Source: Pseudomonadota bacterium | GTDB lineage: Bacteria > Myxococcota > JACRCW01 > JAFGSX01 | Direction: 5' to 3' | NCBI GenBank assembly: GCA_043821645.1 | Contig: JBDRCO010000087.1 | Location: 224,001 to 288,000 of the forward strand | DNA: 64,000 bases | Part shown: positions 8,688 to 20,228 of the stretch, one piece after another | How the letters are laid out: every line of letters begins with the position of its first letter | Numbering within the stretch: the stretch's first letter is position 1 | Position numbers and translations under genes: made by a program | The notes under the pieces: generated by a model | The model's input: the letters and a program-made list of their open reading frames with translations, nothing else | Told to the model about the DNA's origin: nothing | The model's database searches: none

Positions 8688-10037
8688 CTACTCCTCGCGC
8701 CAGTAGTACATCTCTTCGTTGGAGCGAAACACGCGAACCACCGTCGTGATGGAGCGCTCCACATCACCCACCTGGGCTGTCGCCTTGATGGTGAAGAACA
8801 TGCTCTGCTCGGAGATCAGAGATTCGCAACGCGCGGTATCCACCGTCAGACCTTGCGATTGCAGGAAGCCCATCCAGCCCTGGCCACTGACCGCACCGTA
8901 ACCGCCGAGCATGCCCAGCTGCCTGTACTCCTGCCAGCGCAGCAGCGTCTGGATCAGCCACGCCGGGTCACTGAGCACGAAGTCCTGGGGATTCTGGGCA
9001 CAGGCGACGATGAGCCCGATGAGGACCGTCGGGTTGGTCGCGCTCTTGATGTTGACCTTGCCGTCGCTGTAGATGGTCAGGGCCGGGGCGAAGGTGTCGA
9101 ACATCTCGTCGTCGAAGCCACGCACCAGATGCAGCTCGTCGTGCGAATCGAAATAGGCGTTCTTGGCCTTGTAGGGCGGGTCCAGCTGATCGTAGCTCGA
9201 GTCTTCGCTGCCGCCGACGTCGCGCGCAAAGCGCTCGGGGGGTGCCTTGGCATCCGTCATGTTCTGATCGCGGTCGATCCAGTCGCGCAGTGCCGCGATC
9301 ACGTCCCAGCGATCCGATCGCTGGCCGTGGCTGTCTTCTTCCTCGAACAGGAAATCGTAGCGGGCGGGCAAGAACAGCGCGTACAGCAGGTCCCGCCGGG
9401 CCGCGGCCGCGGGGCCGAACTCGGTCTCCCAGCGGCGCAGCGAGAGCTTGCTGTCTTCGTCGGTGATCTCGACCTTGAACGTGCCGCCCATGTCGCAAAA
9501 GGCGGACTTGTCGTCGAAAAGCGAGAACTTCTTGGGGTCGATCTCGTCGTCGAGGGACATCTTCTCGCGGGCCATCTCGCGACGCTGGCCCAGGGATTCA
9601 CGTGCCGACTCCATGTCAAAGCCCAGCGCCTCGCCGATCTGGCCCCCGGTGACACCGCACAGCAGCTCGCTGTCGAGGGGGATGAGCTTCCACACCACGA
9701 ACTCGCCAAAGGGAAGCATTCCGGTCTGTTGCGCCATGTCGAGGGCGGGCTGGATCTGATCCTGGAAGAACAACAGCAGGCGAGCCAGCTCGACGCCCGA
9801 GCGCGCCAAATAGTGTGCCTTGAGGGCGTCGCGCTCGCGGGCAGAGACCATGAACTTGACGTGCTGGTTGTAAGCAAAGTCGCCGACCACGGCGGACAGC
9901 AAGGCCAGGGCCATGAGCACCATGAGCAGGGCCACACCGCGCTGGCGCCTCCGCCGAGAACGCGATCGATCCCCGGGCCGGGTTGTTCGCAGGTGCTGCG
10001 CCATGGCACGCGGGGCCTGTTGTGATCGGTTTCGCAT
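8688..10037 (-). CDS. gspK: Minor pseudopilin K
   Basis: RRQRG|VALLMVL prepilin site lacking E+5; DWIDRD and KNAYFDS..EL motifs; start moved to ATG 10037. Confidence 0.9.
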   Translation of the reverse strand: MRNRSQQAPRAMAQHLRTTRPGDRSRSRRRRQRGVALLMVLMALALLSAVVGDFAYNQHVKFMVSARERDALKAHYLARSGVELARLLLFFQDQIQPALDMAQQTGMLPFGEFVVWKLIPLDSELLCGVTGGQIGEALGFDMESARESLGQRREMAREKMSLDDEIDPKKFSLFDDKSAFCDMGGTFKVEITDEDSKLSLRRWETEFGPAAAARRDLLYALFLPARYDFLFEEEDSHGQRSDRWDVIAALRDWIDRDQNMTDAKAPPERFARDVGGSEDSSYDQLDPPYKAKNAYFDSHDELHLVRGFDDEMFDTFAPALTIYSDGKVNIKSATNPTVLIGLIVACAQNPQDFVLSDPAWLIQTLLRWQEYRQLGMLGGYGAVSGQGWMGFLQSQGLTVDTARCESLISEQSMFFTIKATAQVGDVERSITTVVRVFRSNEEMYYWREE

Positions 10038-10039
10038 GC

Positions 10040-10738
10040 TCAGTTCGCACTCAACTTGATCGGGACCCGCAGCTGGATCTCGGCCTGGGTCTCGAACACC
10101 TGCTCGCGCGTCTCGTCGAGCTGGACGCGCATGCGAATGCGGACCCGGGGAGGCAGCTTGCCGTTGGCCTCGAGGGATTCGCTGTCCCAGTCCTCGATCC
10201 ACTCCTTGTCGTTCTCGTTCCAGTAGTCAAAGGTCAGGTCCTTGACGCCCGTGCACAGCACGTCGGTGTGGGCATCGGCCTCACTCATCACATCCTCGCC
10301 CGTGTTCTCGTCGATGCGTGTCTTCTCCTTGCGCAACAGGGCCGTGTGGCGGCCGTCTTCGGGATCGCTGTCGACCCAGTAGGTCAGCACGTTCTGGTCG
10401 CTCTCCTTGGCGTCGCGCACCCGCCGCACGTGGCTGAAGGAGGTGAACACCAGGCGATCGCCCTCACCGTCCCGGTCTTCCTTGAACAGGGTCTTGGAAC
10501 GCCGCTCCTCGCGGTTGTAGTGGTCGCTCAGGTAAGCCATGGACAGCTCGGTGGCCATTCGATTCAAGGAGATGCGGATCTCGTCGGAACGATCGCTGAG
10601 GACCTCGATCTGCTCCTTGGCGTCGATGGCGGATGTCAGGCCCTCGTACAGCACCGCGCCAATGATGGAGAGCAGGGTGATGGCGATCATCACCTCCATC
10701 ATGGTGAATCCGCGATCGCGCTGCGGCGTCCGCCTCAC
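10040..10738 (-). CDS. gspJ: Minor pseudopilin J
   Basis: RG|FTMMEVMIAI prepilin motif; GTG overlaps gspI stop (GTGA). Confidence 0.9.
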   Translation of the reverse strand: MRRTPQRDRGFTMMEVMIAITLLSIIGAVLYEGLTSAIDAKEQIEVLSDRSDEIRISLNRMATELSMAYLSDHYNREERRSKTLFKEDRDGEGDRLVFTSFSHVRRVRDAKESDQNVLTYWVDSDPEDGRHTALLRKEKTRIDENTGEDVMSEADAHTDVLCTGVKDLTFDYWNENDKEWIEDWDSESLEANGKLPPRVRIRMRVQLDETREQVFETQAEIQLRVPIKLSAN

Positions 10739-11415
10739 TTGGTCACCGCGCCTGGCACACCGGGTGTGGGTGCTGTGATGCCGGTGGGGCGGTTGAACGA
10801 ACCCGGGGGAGACATGGCCTGCCTGCCCAGGGGAGGGGTCCCGGGCGGAAGGTTCATGCCCGGGGGCAAGCCGGTGCCTCCACCCAGTCCAGACATCCCC
10901 GAGTTCATGAGCCCGGTGGCCAGGCTCTCGCGACTGACGATGTGGGTGACGACGGAGATGTGACGATCGTACTCGCCGTCCTTCCACAGCACGCGAACCT
11001 CGATTTCGCGCACGGCGTTCTCCAGCACCGATCCCAGGTTCTGGACCATGGGGGCGAGGGCCGCCATGGACATGCCGCCGGATCCCTCGACCGGCTCGTT
11101 GCCACCGGCTCCCAGCGAGGTCGGCGTGGGGACCTCGACCTTGCGCACGCGGGCGATCCAGGTGAACTCCGGAAAACCCTCTTCCTCAAATTTGCCGTCG
11201 AGGATCTTCATGAAATCGCCAAAGCCTTCCTCGCGCAGGGTTTGCTGCACATCGAGGATCTTGCCGCGGGCGAGCAGGGTGGCGACGGTGTAGTTGCGGG
11301 TGTCGACGGTCTTGTCGATGGCGTTGGTCTCGATCTCGATGACCACACCCATGGCCAGGGCCACGATCGCCACCGCGATCATCACCTCGAGCAATGTGAA
11401 GCCCTGCCGCCTCAT
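10735..11415 (-). CDS. gspI: Minor pseudopilin I
   Basis: QG|FTLLEVMIAV motif; synteny; Gly/Pro-rich tail. Confidence 0.88.
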   Translation of the reverse strand: MRRQGFTLLEVMIAVAIVALAMGVVIEIETNAIDKTVDTRNYTVATLLARGKILDVQQTLREEGFGDFMKILDGKFEEEGFPEFTWIARVRKVEVPTPTSLGAGGNEPVEGSGGMSMAALAPMVQNLGSVLENAVREIEVRVLWKDGEYDRHISVVTHIVSRESLATGLMNSGMSGLGGGTGLPPGMNLPPGTPPLGRQAMSPPGSFNRPTGITAPTPGVPGAVTK

Positions 11416-12209
11416 GACCTGGGGATCTCCACGGCCTCGGCGGTGATGGCGGTGCGTGCCGTGAGCGGGTTGACCGTGATGGTCAGGGTGCGCTCGCCGT
11501 ACTCGTCATCGGAGAGGGCGATGATCGCGCGCTCGGTGTAACCGGTCGGGAAAAAATACAGCTCGGCCGATCCCTTGAGAAAACCTTCCTTCTGGTGCTC
11601 TATCCACACGCGGTGAAAGCGGACGTCGCCCTCGAGTTTCTGGGGTTTGCCGGTGTCGTCGTCCACGGGTGAGAAGCTGATCTGGCGCCTCAGCTGCTTC
11701 TTGAGCGAGGCTTCGAGGTCATCGTCAGCGGACAGGCCGAAACCTGACGAGGGCATACCCAGCATCCCCGAGGAGGCACCGGCCATGGCTTCGAGTCCTC
11801 CCGAGGCGGCTCCGAGCATCGCCAGCATGGCGGCGCTCCCCGAGGCGCCCGCACCGGGGCTGGCTACCGCATCCTCGCGTGCGGCCTTGCGCTCTTCGAG
11901 GGTCTGGCCTCCGCGCCCCTCGGCGTCGGCCTTCTGCTTGCTGCTGGACAGCACGTAGTGCTCCTCGGTGCGCTCGAGCCAGAAGGCCCCCTGATCCAGA
12001 TCGAAGACCACACGATGGGTCTTGCCGGTGATGGCGGCACGGGCATAGGCCTCGCGAATCATGCCCGCAAGCATCGACGATGAGGTGCGCAGACCCGCGG
12101 CGCTCAGGGCATTGAAGCTCGGGATGGCGATGGCCGTGGTCAGGGCGATCAGGGCGATCACGATGCCAAGCTCGATGAGGGTGAATCCCTGGCGCACGCG
12201 GCGGGTCAT
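11412..12209 (-). CDS. gspH: Minor pseudopilin H
   Basis: QG|FTLIELGIVI motif; C-terminal YFFPTG; start ATG 12209. Confidence 0.88.
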   Translation of the reverse strand: MTRRVRQGFTLIELGIVIALIALTTAIAIPSFNALSAAGLRTSSSMLAGMIREAYARAAITGKTHRVVFDLDQGAFWLERTEEHYVLSSSKQKADAEGRGGQTLEERKAAREDAVASPGAGASGSAAMLAMLGAASGGLEAMAGASSGMLGMPSSGFGLSADDDLEASLKKQLRRQISFSPVDDDTGKPQKLEGDVRFHRVWIEHQKEGFLKGSAELYFFPTGYTERAIIALSDDEYGERTLTITVNPLTARTAITAEAVEIPRS

Positions 12210-12216
12210 GACGAAC

Positions 12217-12645
12217 TCAGTTCTCCTCGGCAGGCCAGTTGCCGATGTCGTCACCACCGCCCTCTTGACCGTCGGGGCCGAAGCTCTTGACGTCGAACTT
12301 GCTCGCGTTGTGGGTGCCCGGGAACAGGTACTGGTATTCGTTGTTCCAGGGATCCTTGGGCATGCGCTCCATGATGGGCTTGCCGTTGCTGGGGGGACTG
12401 ACCAAGGCGCCAAGACCCTCGGAGGTCGAAGGATAGCGACCGTAGAGTACGCGGTAGCTGTCCAGGCTCTTGGCGATCTCGTGCGCCTGGGTGCGCGCAC
12501 TGTCGATCTGCCCGCGCTCGAGCATGTTGACAGCCGCCACACCCACGGCGGCGGCGATGATGCCGAGCAAGGTGATCACCACCATGATCTCGATCAGGGT
12601 CATGCCGCGGCTGGAGCGGCGTCGGCGATTGTCGTTCTTCTTCAT
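12217..12645 (-). CDS. gspG: Major pseudopilin G
   Basis: RG|MTLIEIMVVI; GRYPSTSEGL, PKDPWNNEY, SFGPDGQEGGGDDI motifs. Confidence 0.95.
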   Translation of the reverse strand: MKKNDNRRRRSSRGMTLIEIMVVITLLGIIAAAVGVAAVNMLERGQIDSARTQAHEIAKSLDSYRVLYGRYPSTSEGLGALVSPPSNGKPIMERMPKDPWNNEYQYLFPGTHNASKFDVKSFGPDGQEGGGDDIGNWPAEEN

Positions 12646-12684
12646 CAAATTCTCCTGTCCTCGCGCACGACGGCGCGAACGAGG

Positions 12685-13915
12685 TCAATGCACGAACTGG
12701 TTGAGCTGCAAGATGGGCATCAGGATCGAGAACACGATAAAGGCGACCACGCCGCCCATCAGCAGGATCATCAGCGGCTCGAGCAGCGTGGTCAACATGC
12801 CCACGCGCCTCGACCTGTTGCTCGTAGCTGTCCGCGACCTTGAACAGCATGTTCTCGAGGGCGCCTGAGCGCTCACCGATGGCCACCATGTGCACGACGA
12901 TGGGCGGGAACTGCTTCGAGCGACGCAGGGGGTCGGCGATGCTGGCGCCCTCGCGCACCGCCTCGCGCACATCCTCGATGGCGCCCGTGAGCACCGTATT
13001 GGTGACGACGTTCTTGACGATGTCCAGCGCCGTGAGCAGGGGCACGCCCGAGGACAGCAAGGTGCCCAGGGTGCGTGAGAAGCGCGCCACAGCCAGCATG
13101 CGCACGATGGTGCCAAAGACCGGCACCACCAGTGACACGCGATCGATCACCGCGCGCCCTCGCGTGCTGCGCGACCAGCGCCGCAGCACCACGGCCGCGA
13201 TCAGCAGCACCAGCAACACCATCCACCAGTAGTCGCGGGTGATCTCCGAGGACCCAATGAGCAGGCGGGTGGGCAGCGGGAGCTGCGCGTTGGCGTTCTT
13301 GAAGATCAACGTGATGCGCGGGATGACGACGGTGAACAGGATGCCCAGGATGCCGATGCCCACGAAGACCATGATGATGGGATACATCATCGTCCCCAGG
13401 ATCTTGGAGCGCAGGCGGCTCTGGCCTTCGGTGAAGTCGGCCAGCCGGAACAGCACCACGTCGAGGGCACCCGAGGACTCGCCGGCGCGGATCATGTTGA
13501 CGTAGAGGCCGCTGAAGGCCTTGGGGTGCTCCTTGAGCGCGTCGGCCAGCGACGTGCCCTCGTTGACCTTCTGCTTCACCGTCGAGAACACGCGCTTGAG
13601 TGCCTTGCTCTCGACCTGATCCACCAAGGCGGTGAGTGCCTCGACCAGGGGGATACCGGCATTGAGCAGGGTCGCGAGCTGCCGTGTCGACACTGCCACG
13701 TCCTGCACCGAGATGCGCTGGGGTAGGTAGCGCGACAGGTCGACGTCGCGCGACAGCTTGCCCTTGAGGCCCTTCTCACTCTCCGCGAAGAACTCGGTGA
13801 GGAAGATGCCATCCTTGCGCAGCACCGTGCGCAGGACCTTGGGGCTGTCGGCCTCGCGCAGACCGCGGACGGCGCTGCCCTGGGTATCGAGGCCCTTGTA
13901 CTCGAACACCGGCAT
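12685..13915 (-). pseudogene. gspF: Type II secretion inner-membrane platform protein F, frameshifted near 12805 (possibly a sequencing error)
   Basis: Intact GspF up to YEQQVEAR; the conserved end VGMLTTLLEPLMILLMGGVVAFIVFSILMPILQLNQFVH lies in another frame ending at 12685. Confidence 0.85.
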
Positions 13916-13916
13916 C

Positions 13917-15769
<1,853 letters not shown>

Positions 15770-15770
<1 letters not shown>

Positions 15771-18436
15771 CACTCGCCCTCGCTCTCGGCGGGCGCAGGC
15801 CGGGAGGGGATCATGGCATCAGGCCTTCGCAGCGCTGGTGCATTGCGCATCCCCTCCTCGCCGATGGGTGTGGGTGCTGCCTCGCCGTCGCCGGTGCTTG
15901 CGGCGTCGCCGCCCTGTGGCGCGATGTCGATGGTGTTCTCCTTGGGTGGGGACACCAAGATCTCGTCGCCAAAGCCCGGGCCGCCGTTCTCGACCTTGCG
16001 CATCTCGCGGGAGATGCTGTGGTGCATGGCGCCGTAGGCGCCGGTCTTCTTGGCGTACTCGACCGGCGCATTGAAGGCATCCTCGCCGCCGTAGAACAGA
16101 TCGAGGAACTCCTGACGCTCGCGCAGCTTGCGCTCGTAGATGCGCCGGAAGTCCTCGTCGCCCTCGATGATGTAAGGCGTCAGCACCAGCAACAGGTTGG
16201 TCTTGCGCTGGTTGTCGCCGTGAGTCTTGAAGGCCCATCCGATCAGGGGCAGGTCTCCCAGGATGGGGATCTTGGTCTCGGACTTGTCCTTGCGCGAGCT
16301 GATCAGGCCACCCAGGATGATCGTTTGCTGGTCGCGCACCACCACCGTGGTCTTGGCGTTCTTCTTCGTCGTCACCGGCTGCTTCTGGCCAAAGCCCACG
16401 TCGATGTATTCGCCCAGGTCCGAGATCTCTTGCTCGATCTCCAGCCTCACCTGGTTGTCCTCGGAGATGTGTGGGGTCACCGCGAACTTCAGGGCCACGT
16501 CCTGGCGCTGCACGCTGACCATCGGGAAGTAGCCGCCATAACCGCCCGTGGTGCCGCCGCCACCGGAGATGGAGCCGGCAAAGGGCACGTTCTGGCCAAC
16601 CAGGATCTCGGCCTTCTCGTTGTCGGTGGTCAAAATATGCGGCGTGCTCAGTACGTCGACGTCGGCGTCCTTCTGCACCGCCTGCATGACCGCGCCGAAG
16701 GACGGCAGCCCACCGGGGAGCACGTTCTCGCTGCCCGGCACGATGGGACCGCGGAAGGCGAGGAAACCCAAGAACGCAGCCAGGTTGGTGGCGCTGACCG
16801 CGCTCGAGCTGCCGCCGGTGATGGAGCTGACTGCGGCCGAGGTTCCGGTCGACGAGATCAGCCCCTGGCCGCCCGGATTGGTTGCCAGACCATAGCCCTC
16901 ACCCAGGCCCGGTATCTCTGCCTTGTAGCCGGTGAAGAGATTGAGCCCGAGGTCGACCTGCTTGCTCAGGCTGACCTCCATGATCACGGCCTCGACGAAG
17001 ACCTGGGGCCGTCGCACGTCGAGGCGCTCGACGACCTTGATCAGGCGCTTGTAGTCGCGGCCGGTGGCGACGATGACCAGGGCGTTGGTGGCCTTGTCCG
17101 CGGTGACCTTGACCTGGCCCTCGAACAGCTCCGCTGCACTGACCTGGCCCGCCGGTTTCTTGCCCTTGGCGGCAGCGGCTCCAGCACCCTGGGCCAGGGT
17201 GCTCACGGTGCGCGAGATCTCCTCGGCCACGGCATTGTTCAGGTAGTACACGTGCACCTGCTGCGTGCCTTCCTCGACGGGAACGTCGAGGATCTCGATG
17301 ATCTCCTTGATGCGATCGAAGCTGCGCTTGGAGCAGATCAGGATCAGCTTGTTGGTGCGGTCGTCGGCGATGGACTTGACCAGCACCACGCTCTCTTCCT
17401 CGGGCTCACCCTTGGTCGCGTCGGGGCTGTGCGCGCCACTGGCCGGGCGGGCCACGATGGGGGTCTTGGCTCCTTTGCCCTTGGGAGCCTCGAACAGCTG
17501 GGTCAGCTTCTGCGCGATGTCGCTGGCCGCGGCGTACTGGATGTCGACGATGTGGATCTGGTTGGTCGAGCCCTCGATGTCGAGCTTGGCCAGGATGCGC
17601 TTGATGCGCAGGATGTTGGCGCCCGAGTCGGCCAGGATCATCAGGTTGCTGGCCAGGGTCTGCAGGGTGCCATCCTTGCTCATCAGGTTCTGCACGACCT
17701 TCTGCACGCTGTCGACCTCGACGTGCTCGAACTCCAGCACCGCGGTCACCATGGCGTCGTCATTGGGAATGGCGTCGTCGTCCATCAACGTGGGAATGGG
17801 CTGCCGCACCGAATCCTTGCGCTGCTCGATCTTGTAAAACTTGCCCGAGGGCACCAGGTTGAGGCTGTTGATCTCGAGCGCGGTCAGGAAGGCCCGGTAG
17901 GCATCCTCCGTCGTCACCGGCTTCTCGCAGATGATGGTGATCTTCTGGGTCTTGAGGCGCTCGGGGATGATGAAGTTCATCCGCGTGAGCTTGGCGATCT
18001 GCTTGACCACGTCGAGCAGGTCGGCCTTGTCGAAGTTGAAGTAGCCCTTGCCCTTCTTGAATCGCGCCTCGCCGTCGATCTCGCTGGCGACAACGGTCTC
18101 GATCTTGTCCTCGCCGGCCGGGCCCGGCGCTGCGGCCTTGGCTGCGGCCTTGGCTGGGGCCCTGGCTGGGGCCTTGGCCGGGGCAGACGCATCCTTGCCC
18201 GTCTCGGCCTCGACCCGCTGCAGGCCACCGCGCTTGCCCGGAGGTGCGATGGGGCCACGGCCCTCGCCCTCGGTGGCGGCCCCCACACGCTGGCGCTTGA
18301 GGGGGTCCACCGGGCGGGGTGCCCGGTTGCGCAGCACGGGCAGCTTGGCGGGCGCGGGCAGTTCGGGCGCTTCGTCCTGGGCCAGGAGCGGAGTCGCGAG
18401 GGCGAGGATCAACAGAGCAGGGAGCGAGTGGCGCAT
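15770..18436 (-). CDS. gspD: Type II secretion secretin D
   Basis: Signal peptide MRHSLPALLILALATPLLA; N-domains; secretin motifs (QVFVEAVIMEV, VLSTPHILTTDNEKA, KIPILGDLPLIGWAFK). Confidence 0.95.
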
Positions 18437-18456
18437 GGATTCCTCGTCGTACCCGG

Positions 18457-19527
18457 TCAGGGGACGATGCCGTACTCGAGTGACTGCGGCTTGCCGCGGC
18501 GCAGCAGATCGACGGTGACGTTCTTCGAGTCCTTGAGCTTGGTGTAGATCTCCAGCGCCTTGTCCGGGCTCGAGATCTCGTAGCCGTTGATGCGCTGGAT
18601 GACGTCGCCGTTCTTGATGCCGATCTTGGCGTACAGGCTGCCCGGGCGTATCGAGAACAGCTTGAAGCCGTTGGCCTTGCCGTCCTGGAAGCTGGGCACG
18701 ATGCGCGCCTGGGTGGCGATGGTGTTGAGATTGGACAGGGTGGCGTCGACCTCGCTCTGGGCGATCTCGTAGGAATTCTCGCTCAGCTGCTTGATGCCCT
18801 CGCCGGTGGGCCCGCCGGCGGCGGGCTTGGCGCTGGACTTGATGGCAGCCACCGGCACGCCTTTGGCAGGCTCGGCGCCCATCGCGATGTACTCCCGGCG
18901 CCCGGTCGACTCGTTGATGAAGGTCACGCGCGTGACCTCGATGTCGGTGATGGTCGCAGTGTCGAGCAGACGGTTGCAGGGCGTGGGCAGCTTGACGCTG
19001 CGCACCACCACCGCCGCGAGCTCGTCGGCCTTGCCGTCGTCGCTGCCACCCTCGGTGGTGACGGTGTTCGTTGCGGCCAGGGCCGCGGCGGCCTCCTTGA
19101 GTTCGGTGCCGTCGCAGGCATTGACCGAGTACTGGGCCGTGGACTTGGCGCTCAGATCCTCGATGGTGGCCAGCGACCACTCGGCGACATCAAACACGAA
19201 GGTGTTGACGAGCTTGATGTTGAGTGCGGTGGGCACGGCCTCGGCCTGCAGGTCAACACGGGGGGTGTCGTCGATCTCCTCCTCGGCGGCCTCGACCAGC
19301 TCCTCGCGCTTGGCGCCGAAGATGTTGCGATCCGTGGCCGTCGCGAAGCTGCGCTCGACCTTCGGCTTGGCGTTGGGTTTCGCCTTGGCCGTGGTGGACA
19401 CCTCGGGCAGGGCCGGGGTCAGGAAGTGGCCCAGGAAGATATTTCCCGCCCGCGCCAGCAAGAAGGCCGCGAGCCCGATGAAGAGCAGGTTGACGACGAA
19501 GAAGTATTTTTTTATGAGGGCTTGCAC
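18457..19527 (-). CDS. gspC: Type II secretion protein C with C-terminal PDZ domain
   Basis: N-terminal TM; RNIFG; PDZ (GFKLFSIRPGSLYAKIGIKNGDVIQRING); GTG start 19527. Confidence 0.92.
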   Translation of the reverse strand: MQALIKKYFFVVNLLFIGLAAFLLARAGNIFLGHFLTPALPEVSTTAKAKPNAKPKVERSFATATDRNIFGAKREELVEAAEEEIDDTPRVDLQAEAVPTALNIKLVNTFVFDVAEWSLATIEDLSAKSTAQYSVNACDGTELKEAAAALAATNTVTTEGGSDDGKADELAAVVVRSVKLPTPCNRLLDTATITDIEVTRVTFINESTGRREYIAMGAEPAKGVPVAAIKSSAKPAAGGPTGEGIKQLSENSYEIAQSEVDATLSNLNTIATQARIVPSFQDGKANGFKLFSIRPGSLYAKIGIKNGDVIQRINGYEISSPDKALEIYTKLKDSKNVTVDLLRRGKPQSLEYGIVP

Positions 19528-19558
19528 GGCGCCATCCTGGTTATCAGAGCCTCGCCTG

Positions 19559-19574
19559 TGCAAGCATCAAGCCA
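19559..19574 (-). promoter_or_regulatory. sigma54 promoter of the gsp operon
   Basis: Minus strand TGGCTTG-ATGC-TTGCA (GG-N10-GC) about 30 nt before the gspC start; IHF-like TTTCAGATACTTA at 19591-19603. Confidence 0.7.
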
Positions 19575-19872
19575 TATATTGGTCCAGTTATTTCAGATAC
19601 TTAGGATCTGTTTGCCGTGATGTTTCGGGTCAACTTGGCACTCCATCCTTCATGTGGGAGGGGGGACTGCCAATTTGACACGAACGGGAAAGGACGTCCC
19701 ACGGAGCGCCGTCCTGTCAGCCCGGCCGTGCTGCGGCCCGGGGGGACACATCAGGCAGGCGAGATCTGGGCTGGAGGGATGCCATGCAGGCCCCACCGAT
19801 ACTCGGTGGACAGCTCAGCACGACCAAGGGAGCGGCGCTCGGGGGAGATGGCGGGAGGTCCGCGATGGGGCC

Positions 19873-20097
19873 CTACGCCTGCTCCTCGTTCGATGCGTCC
19901 TCGCGGTCGTCGTTGTAGTCGTCGACCACGTCGTTCATCGACGGGAAGCGCGTGATCTCCGGGCGCGCGATGCGCCAGGCCTGTTGCACGATCCAGGACA
20001 GCGAACGGTCCTGGCGGTTGGCTTCGTTTTGAATCTCTTTGAGCATCTCCACCGGGAAGTAGAGGCTCTGCTTGCGCTTGTCCGAAGGCTTGGCCAT
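19873..20097 (-). CDS. CdbA/CdbB-like (TIGR04563, MXAN_4361/4362 family) ribbon-helix-helix protein, copy 1
   Basis: DKRKQSLYFP.EML.EI..EA.RQDRSLSWIVQQAW..AR..I..FPS signature. Confidence 0.88.
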   Translation of the reverse strand: MAKPSDKRKQSLYFPVEMLKEIQNEANRQDRSLSWIVQQAWRIARPEITRFPSMNDVVDDYNDDREDASNEEQA

Positions 20098-20146
20098 GTC
20101 GTACCCTCACCCTGAGCACGTCGTACCCTCGACGACGGTGCAGGGC

Positions 20147-20175
20147 ATGGTACGACAAGCACCCCCCTGTGTCAA
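20147..20175 (-). promoter_or_regulatory. sigma70-type promoter of cdb-like copy 1
   Basis: TTGACA-N17-TACCAT. Confidence 0.7.
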
Positions 20176-20228
20176 AGCACCGATAATGGTGCAGGTTTCA
20201 ACTTGTACTGGCGGGACCTGGAGCGGGC

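Noticed and set aside
12251-12684. Apparent long C-terminal extension of GspF (554-aa ORF) over gspG
   Set aside because: Out-of-frame read-through caused by the frameshift near 12805, not a fusion
16019-18547. Very long antisense ORFs (also 2884-4590, 31976-33964, 39331-41868, 52515-55322)
   Set aside because: Shadow frames of real genes, expected in high-GC DNA; no recognisable motifs
18437-19180. N-terminal 248-aa extension of GspD in the ORF track
   Set aside because: Overlaps gspC in another frame; the signal peptide and RBS place the start at 18436
19636-19651. TGGCAC on the plus strand, resembling a sigma54 -24 box
   Set aside because: No GC at the -12 position (GG-N10-TT)
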